Assembly: GCA_964016885.1 (NCBI GenBank)
Contig: OZ024741.1
Coordinates: 110,670,001-110,734,000, forward strand
Source: Eledone cirrhosa
Lineage: Eukaryota
Length of the DNA: 64,000 nucleotides
Direction: 5' to 3'
The stretch's first letter is position 1; each line of letters begins with the position of its first letter. The translations under genes and the position numbers were made by a program. The notes under the pieces are model-generated. The model made no database searches. It worked only from the letters and a program-made list of their open reading frames with translations, and was not told the DNA's origin. Of this stretch, positions 42,775 to 56,324 are shown piece by piece.

Positions 42775-43272
42775 ATAATAAAGGCAGATTTGTTATGTCT
42801 TCACTATGTTTATTGTGTAGTGACGCGTGTTTCGCTATTGGTCAGCTCAGTATCGATCTGGCCTGACTCTGGAATCAAAACTTTGTTTGTTAGGTGAATT
42901 AATTTTTGTTGATGATCATAATTAATTTATGAGATATATCAATAATTTTGATGTCTTTATTGGATGATTTGATGATAGTTAAGTTGCTGATAATATTGAA
43001 CTATTGTTAATCGCCCTGATGAATATGTTCAATTTTTGCCACCTCACTACCAAATTATTCTGTAGAGATATACTCTGCAGCTAATTAACCCCAGTTAGTA
43101 TTGAGTAGGACAGCGTGTGGCACAATGTTGCTCTACTATACATTGTACGAAGCACCTTGTGGGATTTTGTCGACCTATCTATATATATATATATATATAT
43201 TATCCTGTCTAAACCCATGCTAGCGTGGAAGATAGACGTTAAACGATGATGATGATGATATTATCATTATTT

Positions 43273-43309
<37 letters not shown>

Positions 43310-43811
43310 CTATGAAAGATGTGTGTATACATAGACTGTAAAAAATCCAGAGGTGTAAAGGACTAATAGTTAGAGTCTATGTACCATATATATTTGAATA
43401 TAAGCTGATCTCCCCAACCCCTTTAATTTAAGCCTGAGAAACAAGCAAAAATCCAAACCTCATGTATAAGCTAACATAACTAATCAACACATGTTTACAT
43501 TGCGCAGTTTTGAAATTCTCTTAATGAGGAATATATTTATAAAGATTTTGTTTCACGATTTCATACATTTTATAAAGTTTGAACAAGTTTCTCAAATGTT
43601 TGTTTACTACCAGCCACTTACATGTTGGGAGTACTTAGCTTTTGTTTTAGCAGACAGCAATAGCACCATTTCCTCACTGTAACATAATTTTATTTAATAT
43701 ACATATCAGATGAAATGTGTGTCTTAAAAAACTTGGAAACCATTTAATGTCATACCAATAGGTAGATTTTTACAATTACACCTGTCTGACGCCACCCCCA
43801 CCCCCACTCAG

Positions 43812-45920
43812 TTAACCCTTTAGCGTTCACATTACTCCATATATACTATTATATTTTCATGGTAAAAGCTTTACCTCACATAATTATCTCACATAATGGG
43901 GTTGTTCCGAAGGACTGGCGTAGCAGCATCATCATTAACTGTTACAAGGGTAAAGGAGATGCCCTAGATAGGAGTAACTATAGAGGCATTAAATTAATCG
44001 ACCAGGTCATGAAGGTCACGGAAAAAGTTATAGCGCAACTAATCAGAGAGAGAATTGATCTAGATGAAATGCAGTTCGGTTTTGTGTCAGGCAAAAGTAC
44101 CACAGACGCTCTTTTCATTGTACGACAACTACAGGAGAAGTACCTAGCTAAAAGTAAACCCCTATACTTAGCTTTTGTTGACTTGGAGAAAGCCTTCGAC
44201 AGAGTCCCCCGTTCCATTATCTGATGGGCTCTTAGAAAACTAGGTGTTGATGAATGGCTTGTGAGAGCTATACAAGCCATATATAAAGAAACAGTCAGCA
44301 AGGTTAGAATTAACAACGAATATAGTGAAGAGTTTAGTGTAAAAGTTGGTGTACATCAGGGCTCTGTCCTTAGCCCCCTACTATTTATTATTGCCCTTCA
44401 GGCTATAACAGTGGAGTTCAAGACCGGCTGCCCATGGGAACTCCTATACGCAGATGATCTAACGCTCATAGCTGAATCAATGGCCGAGCTAGAGAAGAAA
44501 TTCCAAACATGGAAGCATGACCTAGAATCAAAAGGGCTTAAAATTAACCTGGCTAAGACTAAAGTTCTAGTTTGTAGGAAAGAAAATAAGGCGACGGTCC
44601 CTTCCGGGAAATGGCCATGCTCAGTGTGTAGGAAAGGCGTAGGTAGAAACTCCATTTTATGTCCCAAATGCAAAGTATGGGTGCATAAAAGATGTAGTGG
44701 GATCACAGGTAAGCTAACTAAGAACATAGATTTTACATGTGGCCGGTGCTCTGGTGCAATAAGTAGCAGCAAGTGCCCACAAAATACGAGCTCTTCCAAT
44801 TGCGCAGAGGGTTCTATAGAAATAGTGGACAGCTTCCGTTACCTGGGTGACAAAATCAGCAGTGGGGGAGGGTGCTCTGAAAGTACAGTAGCTAGAGTCA
44901 AAACTGGATGGAAAAAGTTCAGAGAGCTTATACCACTATTAGCCACTAAAGGGTTCTCCCTAAAAATGAAAGGCAGGTTGTATGATGCCTGCATACGAAC
45001 AGCAATGTTGCATGGCAGTGAGACCTGGGCATTGTGTGCAGAGGATATACGCAGACTAGAGAGGAACGAAGCTTGCATACTCCGCTGGATGTGTAATAGT
45101 AACATACGTGAACGGCAAAGCATAAGCGAACTAAGGAAAAAATTAGAAATAAGAGGGATCAGATGTTGTTTACTCGAGTTAAGGCTACGTTGGTATGGTC
45201 ACGTGATGCGCATGAAAGACGACAGCTGTATAACAAAGTGCAGGGCAATAAAGATAGACGGTAGCTACGGAGTAGGCAGACCCAGAAAAACCTGGGACGA
45301 GCTGATAAATTCCGACCTCACACACTTACACCTCTCCAAGACAATGTCACTGGACCGAGACCTTTGGCGGTACTCAGTAATAGAGAAGACCCGCCTTACC
45401 TAAATACAAAGTAAAACCTACTACAGTCAGTAGGCATCTCTAACAAAATACACCCCCACCCCATCCACACCGCCCCTTTCAATGTAAAGTTATGTTGGTG
45501 CCACAACATCCAGGCCGAAACAAATGAGATCGTGTAGGTGTCACGACAAAAAAACACACAGTCCATGCTGTAATGTGGCCGTGTAGGCAACACGGTAAAA
45601 ACCTCCCAGCCCCACACTGTAAATGTGGTTGGTGTTAGGAAGGGCATCCAGCTGTAGAAAACCCGCCAGATAGTCCTATGCGAGCAAGACACTCACTCTT
45701 CTTGCCTCAAGTGGGAAAACCCCCGTCCAAACCCATGCAAGCGTGGAACACAGACGTTAAACGATGATGATGAGGAATATCAAATCTATGAGATTTTGAA
45801 AGTATTTATTTTGAGAACAATACCTTAACATCAATTTGAGCGACCAGTTATGGCCAGTTTCAACAGAAAGAGGTAGAGAATTGTGGCCGGTTTCGGCCAG
45901 TTTGAACACTAAAGGGTTAA
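43812..45920. mobile_element. piggyBac-like TTAA MITE (about 230 bp) split by an RTE-B insertion
   Basis: TTAA-CCCTTTAGCGTTCA...TGAACACTAAAGGG-TTAA. An uninterrupted homolog lies at 48378-48604. Confidence 0.75.
43895..45773 (+). mobile_element. RTE-B, 5'-truncated, with a premature stop
   Basis: NGVVPKDW... RT motifs. TGG>TGA at 44222-44224, ORF ends KTRLT*, (GAT)n tail. Confidence 0.95.
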
Positions 45921-46849
45921 CTAAATAAATAATTTTGATGGCCATAGTCATTCAAAACCCATCAAAAACAATAGGAAAAACAAATTTCTCCTCCAATGTG
46001 AAACAAAATATTAACTTCAAATATAAGCCTACTCCCATTTTACTATTGATTTTTTTTTTTGTATATGTGTGTAATATTCACCTCAAAACTTGAAAACTCC
46101 ATGGGTGCCCCCAACCCCGCAGTTAACTAAAAAATGAATAATTTCTGGCAGTTTTTAATGGCTAAATTTGGTTAAAACACTTTAATAAAACATGGGAAAA
46201 ACACTCTTTCTCCATAAAAATCAGCAAAATATTGACCTCAAATAGAAGCTGATCCTCATTTTACCTCAAATTTCTTTTTTTTTTTTTGTTTTTTTTTTGT
46301 CACTTATTTCTTGATTTATATGTGAGTATATGTGGTGATATCAGCTTTAGATATTTTTTGCATGTGTGTATATGTATGTATGTTCTTCTAATTTCATAAT
46401 TTTATTATTTTTTACCAAACCAACAGAGAGAGAGTCGCTTTCTAACATAGACACAAGACTCTCTCATTGGAATTTAGACAATATCAACTAGGTAAGTATG
46501 TATGTATGTCTGCATGTGTGTGCAGGTATGGATGTTATTGTATGTGTGGATGTTATGTATGTATGTGTCCCGCCAAGGTTGGCTTTGCCTTTTGTCTTTA
46601 CGAGGTCGATAAAATAAAACACCAGTAACACACTGGGGTCAATTTAATCAACCTCCCTTCCCTGTAAATTGTTGGTCTTGTGCCTAAATCAGAAACCATT
46701 ATTAACATAGGGTAGATATACCTTATGGTCAGATCTCAACTATTTCAATGGTGAAATGGGAAATTAATCAATATATTATTATCCTATTTCAAAATGATTT
46801 ATGCTTGACCATATAGCATATCTATCCTTAATTAGTAACACGTACTTAT

Positions 46850-47195
46850 ATCATCATCATCATCATCATTTCATTTTACGTCCGCTTTTCCCTGCTTGCA
46901 AGGGTGGGACGGGAACTGATTCTGGCTTGATTTCTACAGCTGGATGCCCTTCCTAACACCAACCTCATTTACAGTGAGTGCTGGGTGCTTTTTGCCGTGG
47001 CACCTCCACGACCACTTTGCAGTGGAATGATAGGGACCACAGTCCCTATCATCTCATTTCTACAGCTGAGTAAACTGGAGCAATGTGAAATAAAGTGTCT
47101 TGCTCAAGGAAACAACACATCACCCGGTCTGAGAATTGAACTCACAACCTTTCGATTGCAAGGCCAATGCTCTAACCACTAAGCCATGTGCCTCC
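46850..47195 (-). mobile_element. tRNA/CORE-type SINE, full length, short-tail type
   Basis: Same structure as 23397-23738, with the internal hairpin ATGATAGGGAC-CACA-GTCCCTATCAT. Confidence 0.92.
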
Positions 47196-47225
47196 ATATA
47201 TATATATATTAGTACAGCATTGACG

Positions 47226-47267
47226 AATCAAGAGTGCAGTGCCAAGCAGTTTCGGCTTCTGTGTTCA

Positions 47268-47311
<44 letters not shown>

Positions 47312-47353
47312 TGAACACAGAAACTGAAACCGCTTGGCACTGCGCTCTTGATT
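47226..47353. repeat. Foldback with about 45-bp arms around a (TA)n centre
   Basis: AATCAAGAGTGCAGTGCCAAGCAGTTTCGGCTTCTGTGTTCAGCA-(TA)n-TGCTGAACACAGAAACTGAAACCGCTTGGCACTGCGCTCTTGATT. Confidence 0.9.
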
Positions 47354-47453
47354 TTACATCTCTCTCTCTCTTTCCATATATATATATACATATGTATGTA
47401 AAGCGGATGTAACAATGATGATGATGTATGTGTGCATGCATATATATATATAT

Positions 47454-47796
47454 ATCATCATCATCATCATCATCACCGTTTTACGTCCGTTCTTCCACGC
47501 TAGCATGGGTTAGACGGGTTGTCCTGTTGTGGGCAGTGTCTGGTCGGCTGACCATGCCTTGCTCATACAGGAACTGATCTGGCTTGATTTCTACAGCTGG
47601 ATGCCCTTCCTAACACCAACCTCATTTACAGTGAGTGCTGGGTGCTTTTTCGTGGCGCCTACACGTCCACTTTACAGTGTGGGCTGGGTGCTTTTTTTGC
47701 CGTGGCACCTCCACGACCACCTTGCGGTGGGGGGGGGGGGGCATATTGTTTATATGCTTCAGCATGTACCCATGGGAGGTCGGGTACCCTGTATTA
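47454..47796 (-). mobile_element. RTE-A 3' end fragment
   Basis: Near-identical to the reverse complement of 4209-4550. Confidence 0.95.
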
Positions 47797-48470
47797 GTTG
47801 CTGTATGTGTAAACTAAAGGAAATATTTTAATGTTTAATGTGATGCCATGATAGTACTGTTTTGTACATGTCAAGAATGTCTTGCCAATGTGGCTTCATG
47901 TGGTACACACTGCTTAAACCTTTAGTATTTACATTACTCTATATATGCTATTGTATTTTCCTGGTAAAGGCTTTACTTCACGTAATTATCTCACATAATA
48001 TCGAATATAAATATATATATGTATTTATGTATTTATGTATACACATACAGAGTGGGTAAAGAAGATTGCACCAATGTGTATGTAAATATTCATATATTTG
48101 ATATATAAGGATGTAAACATGCCAGAAAATATAAATTTCCTTGAATGGATATATAAGCCCATCAAATACATGTTTCCTTGTGATTGTTTGGGTAATATAC
48201 ACGAAAATGGATTAAAGGTGTTTGTAGTATCCTTTACTAGTGGGTAGATCAATGAGAACAGTTGCTGTATGTGTAAACTAAAGGAAATATTTTAATGTTT
48301 AATGTGATGCCATGATAGTACTGTTTTGTACATGTCAAGAATGTCTTGCCAATGTGGCTTCATGTGGTACACACTGCTTAAACCTTTAGTATTTACATTA
48401 CTCTATATATGCTATTGTATTTTCCTGGTAAAGGCTTTACTTCACGTAATTATCTCACATAATATCGAAT
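47797..48470. repeat. Direct duplication of about 210 bp (47797-48006 and 48261-48470) around a unique spacer
   Basis: GTTGCTGTATGTGTAAACTAAAGG...CACATAATATCGAAT is repeated at an offset of 464. Confidence 0.95.
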
Positions 48471-48604
48471 CTGAGATTTTGATATTATTTATTTTGAGAA
48501 CAATACCTTAACACTGGTATGAGCAGCTGGTTATGGCCGGTTTGAACAGAAAGAAGTGAGAGGATTCTGGCCAGATACAGCCAGTTTATATGCTGAAGAG
48601 TTAA
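48378..48604. mobile_element. piggyBac-like TTAA MITE, uninterrupted older copy
   Basis: TTAA-ACCTTTAG...CTGAAGAG-TTAA. The body is homologous to 43812-43897 joined to 45775-45920. Confidence 0.7.
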
Positions 48605-48865
48605 ACTCTCAGAGCTACACTCCCAGATTGGTGAGATTTAGCAATGCTCAGTCTAAACATCTGTAGATCAATATCTATATCAGTGTTTACCAAAGTAGGT
48701 GCTGTGAAGAAATTCTGGGATTCCACAAGACAGAAGAGTGTCATTTAACTCTTAATGTCCTATACCACATGAAACTACATTAGTAAGACACTTCTACTTC
48801 TGAAAAATAGAAAACAGTACTATGGTTGTAGTGCATTAAAAATTAATGCATTATCTGTCAACATA

Positions 48866-49602
48866 ACTGAAGGGGTATCTACTGCCAGTTGAGTATCACT
48901 CACACTGAAGGGGTATCTACTGCCAGTGGAGTATCACTCACACTGAAGAGGTATCTACTGCCAGTGGAGTATCACTCACACTGAAGAGGTATCTACTGCC
49001 AGTGGAGTATCACTCACACTGAAGGGGTATCTACTGCCAGTGGAGTATCACTCACACTGAAGGGGTATCTACTGCCAGTGGAGTATCACTCACACTGAAG
49101 GGGTATCTACTGTCAGTGGAGTATCACTCACACTGAAGGGGTATCTACTGCCAGTGCAGTATCACTCACACTGAAGGGGTATCTACTGCCAGTGGAGTAT
49201 CACTCACTGACACTGAAGGGGTATCTACTCCCTAGTGAAGTCTCACTCACTGACACTGAAGGGGTATCTACTCCCTAGTGAAGTCTCACTCACTGACACT
49301 GAAGGGGAATCTACTCCCTAGTGAAGTCTCACTCACTGACACTGAAGGGGTATCTACTCCCTAGTGAAGTCTCACTCACTGACACTGAAGGGGTATCTAC
49401 TCCCTAGTGAAGTCTCACTCACTGACACTGAAGGGGAATCTATTCCTGAAGACATAGCTACTGCTAATGAAGTCGCATTCACATGCTTACTGAAGCAGTA
49501 TCTATTGCCAGAGGAGTCTAGTCTCACACTCACACTGAAGTGGTATCTGCTGCCAGAGGAGTCTAGTCTCACACTCAAGTGGTATCTGCTGCCAGTGGAG
49601 TA
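48866..49602. repeat. Minisatellite: nine 38-bp units, then five 43-bp variants, then degenerate units
   Basis: ACTGAAGGGGTATCTACTGCCAGTGGAGTATCACTCAC changes to ACTGAAGGGGTATCTACTCCCTAGTGAAGTCTCACTCACTGAC. Confidence 0.95.
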
Positions 49603-49659
49603 GATGACTGAAATCATATGTTCTAAACAGGAAATTACAATCATCTCTCCAGTTTTCAA

Positions 49660-50730
49660 CAGTGCTACCACCTCTACTATCACTACCACCACTACTATCT
49701 TTACCACCTCTACAGTACTACCATCTCTACAGTATTATCACCTCTACTACCTCAACAGTATTGCCACCTCTACTACACTACTACCATTTCTACAGTTCAA
49801 CCAACTCTACAGTACTACCACCTCTACTACCAACTCTACTACATCTATAGTACTACCACCACTTCTACATCAACAGTTCTACCACCTCTACAGAACTACT
49901 ACCTCTACTACATCTACAGTTTTACAACATCTACAGTACTACAATCTCTACCTCTTTTACAGTATTACCACCACTACTACTACGACCTCTACAATACTAC
50001 CACCTCTACAGTATTACTATCACTGCTACCACCTCTACTACATCTACAGTACTACCATCTCCACCATCTCTACAGTATTACCATCAATAATACCACCTCT
50101 ACAATACTAACATTACTACCACCTCTACAGTATTACTATCACTACTACCACCTCTACAATACTACCACCACCACACTATTAACACTACAATACCACCATC
50201 TCTACCACACTACTATCACTACTACCACCTCTACAATGCTACCATCTCTACCATACTACCACCTCTACTACACTACTATCACCACTACAATACCACCACC
50301 TCTACCACACTACTATCACTACTACAATGCTACCATCTCTACCATACTACCACCTCTACTACACTGCTACCACCACTACAATACCACCACCTCTACCACA
50401 CTACTATCACTACTACCACCTCTACAATGCTACCATCTCTACCATACTACCACCTCTACTACACTACTATCACTGCTACCACCACTACAATACCACCACC
50501 TCTACCACACTACTATCACTACTACCACCTCTACAATGCTACCATCTCTACCATACTACCACCTCTACTACACTACTATCACTGCTACCACCACTACAAT
50601 ACCACCACCTCTACCACACTACTATCACTACTACCACCTCTACAATGCTACCATCTCTACCATACTACCACCTCTACTACACTATTATCACTGCTACCAC
50701 CACTACAATACCACCACCTCTACCATCTCT
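49660..50730. repeat. (CTA/CCA)-rich low-complexity tract with a 91-109 bp higher-order repeat
   Basis: CTACAATGCTACCATCTCTACC recurs at about 50231, 50322, 50422, 50531 and 50640. Confidence 0.9.
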
Positions 50731-50983
50731 GTAAATTACTGTCAGACTGATGTTATTACATACAACTGTTTAACCTTCATCACATTCTCAACTGATTTAA
50801 CTCTTCCTCCTCTTATCAGTTCTTCTCTCTGGAACATTTTAACAACTGACTTAAGCTAAATAAACAGATAGCAAACACCTCAACATCTACACCATACCTT
50901 TTTTTACATTTGTAGCCTTTTATATATATTTTTTTATTTTAATTTATCTTTCCATTAAATTTCATTGAGAGGTGGCAATGGTG

Positions 50984-51081
<98 letters not shown>

Positions 51082-51312
51082 GGTATCCCAAAAAATGTAT
51101 ATACTTCAACAGCATTCTAATCAAAGTGTGCATACATTGGGGGGGGGGGCACCCTATATATATATATATATATATATTTGTGTGTGTGTGTGATGTTGCT
51201 GGACATGAGAATGAGTACTTAATACCAAAGAAGAGTTTAATAATATTCTTTATGGCAAATGTCCTGTTTGATGATGTATATATATATTATATATATAATA
51301 TATATATATATA

Positions 51313-51364
<52 letters not shown>

Positions 51365-52162
51365 TAATATATTATATATATATATATATATACACTTGGA
51401 GAGAAAGATATGGTGTTTTGTGGGTCTCAGTACCCAGGAATATTTCCTGTCTGGTGTCTGTTGCTAATCACTACCGAGGGTGAGGGGATGGAAGTAATTC
51501 TGAGAGAAGTTTCCAAAACAGTTGTAATCTTTAACCAACAGCTGATGATGGGAATGTCCCACCATATAGATTGTTATTATTGGGGGCTGGGGAGTGAGAG
51601 AGAGCAGGAATTTAACATAAACAAAGTTGTCAGCCACTATTTTAGTTTTCTCTATTAGTCATTTACCAAATTTAAAATGGCCACCATCATCACTAGTGTT
51701 ATTACTGTCATTATCGTCATCATCATCATTATCATCATCATCATCATCATTGTCACCATCATAGTTGCCATTACCATCATCCTTATCATTATCATCGCCA
51801 TCATGGTTGCCATTATCACCATCATGGTCATCATCATCATCATTATTTTCTTGTTTCTATCATCTCTTAAGGGTACCATAGTTCTTGTTTCAAATACTTA
51901 TATACATTAACATTTAGAAATCCATCATCAAGTTATAAATCTATTTTGGGTGGGTTTCAGTGATCAAAAAAAAAAAAAGAATTTCCTCCTCAAATAAGAA
52001 GTCATTGATTGTTATCTTATTACCAGTTTCTATAGATGATATAAAATAAATATGCTCCTGGATAGAACACCAAGATATCACAAGTTTTTTTTCTCATCGA
52101 AGAAATTAACTGTAATGAAACACTTAACTTCACAGTTCTCCCAACCCTGATTACAATTGGAA

Positions 52163-52480
52163 ATTGTTTATTATAGTTCTCCAAGTCATATCAGAGGAGT
52201 TTGAGACTAGCTGTCCACGGGAACTTCTATTATTCTGATGACATGATTGTTACAGCCAATCTATGGAAGAGCTGATCTCAAATCACTGAAGCTCACTTTC
52301 AAGATGACAAAGGTACTGCAATGACTGGGGGATGCTGTGCTGCAAAAGATCCATGAAAAAAACGAATGTAAAATAGAGCTGATGATGAAGAATAACCAAG
52401 AAATAAGAGACTTCAAATTTCAGACCTAGACAACCTAACACCTTGTGTCTGTGAAATGCTTAGCCTGTTGTGTATTAATT
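52163..52480 (+). pseudogene. Ancient RTE RT remnant
   Basis: LFIIVLQVISEEFETSCPRELL, then frameshifted YSDD, aligns with [26 protein letters not shown]. Confidence 0.7.
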
Positions 52481-53447
52481 TCTTGTGCAAACAGTTGGAA
52501 CCAACAGAGGCTACAGCATTGTGTTTTTGGATTCAAGTTTAAACTGTCAAGTTGATTCCATAAATTAAAAAAAAGTGACTTAGCCATTTGACAACTAGAG
52601 ATTGATTAAATATAAATTAAGATGAAATATATATTGGGATGAACACAATTAACTAAAATAGATTTCTGACTAGGTCTCATCCCTTTACAGGTGAAGTTTC
52701 TAAATATAATAGCAAATTCTATTCTGATAGTTTCTTCCTTTGCAGATATCACCTATGACTTATTTAGGGTTACATGGATAGCAATGTTTGCTGTGATCTG
52801 CCATAACAGAAAGGAATGAGGGTAGATGCAGTTGAGAGAAAAGGAATTTGTATTTCTTGTATAAGAAATATGAGTTTCATTTCTGCTGGAAGCTTTTCAA
52901 GAAAAACATGTAAAAAAAAGAAGAAATTTTAATAGGATAGAATTCCTTACGGGTTTAAGCTTGATTGTAGAGCATTCTCTCTTATAATATGTACACTCTA
53001 CTTTCTTGAAATATATGGATTACTAAGTTTAACGGTCTCTTAGTCTTAACTAGTAATATCATATACATTCATATCTACATACATGCATATACACATGCAC
53101 ACACACACACACTTCCATACACACATACATAGGTCTGTTTGTGTATGTATATATATATATAGAGAAAACTAAAAATAAAAGGTGAAGGAAGAGGGGTTCT
53201 GTCTAAAAATGGTAGTGAAATTGGTGAAAAAGTTGAAGAAAGCCCTGCAAAAAGCCGTTTCTTCTGTTATCATTATCAGATAAATCATTCTTTGGGGACC
53301 CCCTCCAAGAAAGCAACAATTTTTGGAAGTAATCTTTGGTGAGGCAGGGCAGATAAAAATTTAAAAAAAACCTCAGAGGCAGCTTAAAGTGATGATGGTG
53401 ATGGTGGTGGGTATATATATATATACAAATATATATATATATATTTC

Positions 53448-53499
<52 letters not shown>

Positions 53500-53547
53500 A
53501 ATATATATATATACACACACACATACTTAGATAGATAGATAAATATT

Positions 53548-53579
<32 letters not shown>

Positions 53580-53619
53580 ACCCATGCTAGCGAGGAAAGT
53601 GGACGTTAAACGAAGATGA

Positions 53620-53658
<39 letters not shown>

Positions 53659-55934
53659 TTGGGGGGGGGGGGTATAAAAAAAATGTCTCTACTGCAGATT
53701 TGGTTATTTAGAAAAGTTCTGGGTTTAGTCTGTTTATAGCAATAATCTCTTCAACAGACAGTCACAACAACAACCACAACTATAATAACACCAGGCTCAA
53801 CAACATCAAAAGCAACAGTCTCAACAACCACCACAACAGCAGACACAACAACAACAACAACAATAATCACAACAACATCAACAGCATTAACAACAATAGA
53901 TTGCAAACTCTCACTTATTTTGTCATTTCGTCTCCCTTTTCTCTCTACACACTCTGTCTCACTCCCTTTTTCTTATCCAATCTCTCAGCCTCTGTTCTTT
54001 CTCCTTCATCTCTGCTCCTCTTTCTCTCTATTCCTACCAGTCACTCTCCCCTCCTGCTCATGTTCCCTCTCAAATATTTCTATCCTCAACTCTCTCTCTC
54101 TCTCCCTCTCTATTTTGTACTTCTCATATTCTCTTTCTCCCCCCCCCCCCCCCATGTTTCTCTCTTTTACACAATCCCCTACCTCTCAAGTCAGTTCTTG
54201 CCAACAAGTTACCTACCCCGAAACAGACAGACAGACATACTTTTGTGTCCCTTTGGAGAAGATGAAAAAAGGGGGGCTGTGTTTATTTTATTACCCCAAC
54301 CCCCTCAATCTACCTGGATTTCAGTTTTACAGATGAAAGAAATGGGGTAAGGGGGTGAGGGTGTTGAGATAAGGACTTGTTGGTGATGGTGGTGGTTGTA
54401 GTTATCGTGGTTGTGATAATGTTGTTGGTGATGGTGGTGCTGGTAGTAGTGGTGTTAATGTTGGCGGTAGTAGTTGTAGTGGTGGTGGTCTTTATCAACT
54501 AATTTTTTAATGATCTGCAATATTTCTTTATTTATTTATTTATTCAATTTAAACGTCTGTATAGAGCTAGTAAGCCATGCCAGACCAGGGGAAGTATCAA
54601 GTACTCCTTTATGGTTGGTAATCAAAAGGAGTTAGTGAGACAAGTAATAAAAAATATAAAAACTAAAAAAAAAAGAAGAGAAGAATAAAATAACAAAAAT
54701 AAAATTTCCAATATTGAAGGCCAACGGGAGGCAGATTATGCCTGTGTGAGTGTATACACTTTAGGCATGGCTGAGTGATCAAAAGAGTCACTTCAAATAA
54801 CAAGGTCCCGGGTTCAGTCCCACTATGTAGTATTGTCATCAAGTGTTTTACTTTAAACATGTTTCAATCCAAGCCGGGTGAGTGAAATTGGGTAGACAGA
54901 AACCCTGTTGATGCTTGCCAGATGGATTGTACCTGTAATTCAAAGGTCCAGCTTTGTTACATATGATGTCATGTTGATGCATCTTAGGAACTACATGAAA
55001 GGAACTCGTGTCCATGGAATACTCAACCACTTACATGTTAACTCTCAGGTTTGCCACTCTGAGTCAAGAACTTCATGTTGAATTGAATTGATAGAACATC
55101 CATCATTTGCTCCAACATGATTATGTATGTATGTATTTGTAACTCCTGATGGAGTTGTAGTGGTGGTGTCGCCGTGACATTCAGTATGTCTTTGGCACTT
55201 TAAACCTGTCCAGATTGGGACACTGCTGGTTTCTTTCAAGGAAGGAAGGAGAGAAAGAGAGAATCAACCTCGAAAGGATGAAAGGCAGAATGCACCTTAG
55301 CAGGATTTGAACTGAGAAAATAGAGAGCCAGAACAAATATCACAAAGCATTCTCTCCAATGTTCTAACAAACCTGACAATTCATCACACATGATGATAAC
55401 TAAATAAGGAACAGTTAATTACAAAAGTAAAAACTTTCTCCGCTGATAACATTGTGTGTTGAAAGAGATAAATTTTGATTTAACAAGCTTTAAGAGAACA
55501 AATATATCATTGGGAACTCATGTTGACTCACAGAAATACAACTTTGCTGTATTGGAGGAACTTTGCGTCAACCCCTCCCACCACACCTCCAAATATACAT
55601 TTCGCAAATTAATGAAGATATGGTCAGGTTATAATGTTATATTGAATCTTAATGTCCTGTACCACTTGAAACCACATGAGCAACATTCTTAAAATGCACA
55701 AAACAGCACTATGGCTACATAACTTTAAAAATTAGAGTCCATGCCTTTTCATTTTCTGCAAATTTTCACATTTATATATCCACTAGATGTTAGAACATCA
55801 GATGCAGTGTCTGTCTTGTGGTACTGTGAAGCCAGAAACCTCCTTCTGTAAACTGACCTTTAAATAGTAAAATAGTTGGTCAGACAAGTAAAAAAAAAAC
55901 ACTTTCTAGAATGATCCTTAAATAGTAAATTAGT

Positions 55935-56324
55935 GAGGGCGCATGGCTTAGTGGTTAGAGCATTGGGCTTGCAATCAAAAGGTTGTGAGTTCAATTCTCG
56001 AACCGGGTGATGTGTTGTTTCCTTGAGCAAAACACTTTATTTCACATTGCTCCAGTTTACTCAGCTGTAGAAATGAGATGATAGGACAGGGGTCCCTATC
56101 ATTCCACTGCAAAGTGGTCGTGGAGGTGCCACGGTAAAAAAGCACCCAGCACTCACTGTAAATGAGGTTGGTGTTAGGAAGGGCATCCAACTGTAGAAAT
56201 CAAGCCAGAATCAGTTCCCGTATGAGCAAAACAAGGTCAGTCGACCGGACATTGCCCACAACAGGACAACCCGTCTAACCCATGCTAACGTGGAAGAACG
56301 GACGTAAAACGGTGATGATGATGA
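55935..56324 (+). mobile_element. tRNA/CORE-type SINE with long RTE-A tail
   Basis: Same head and core as 23397. The tail matches the RTE-A 3'UTR (...ACAACAGGACAACCCGTCTAACCCATGCTA.CGTGGAAGAACGGACGTAAAACGGT(GAT)n). Confidence 0.92.

Noticed and set aside
42815-42860. Hammerhead-like CTGA-GCT...AGC-GAAA-CACGCG-TC on the minus strand
   Set aside because: The core lacks NGA and no stem I closes; at best a decayed relic.
48866-49602. CRISPR-like array or tandem hammerheads (CTGAAGA/G in the units)
   Set aside because: No variable spacers, no GAAA or stems, and a eukaryotic context.
49604-50859. Thr/Tyr/His-rich mucin-like ORFs; also poly-His/Thr/Met ORFs at 31.1-32.0, 41.4-42.3 and 51.7-51.9 kb
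   Set aside because: Trinucleotide-derived low-complexity DNA with no splice or domain evidence.
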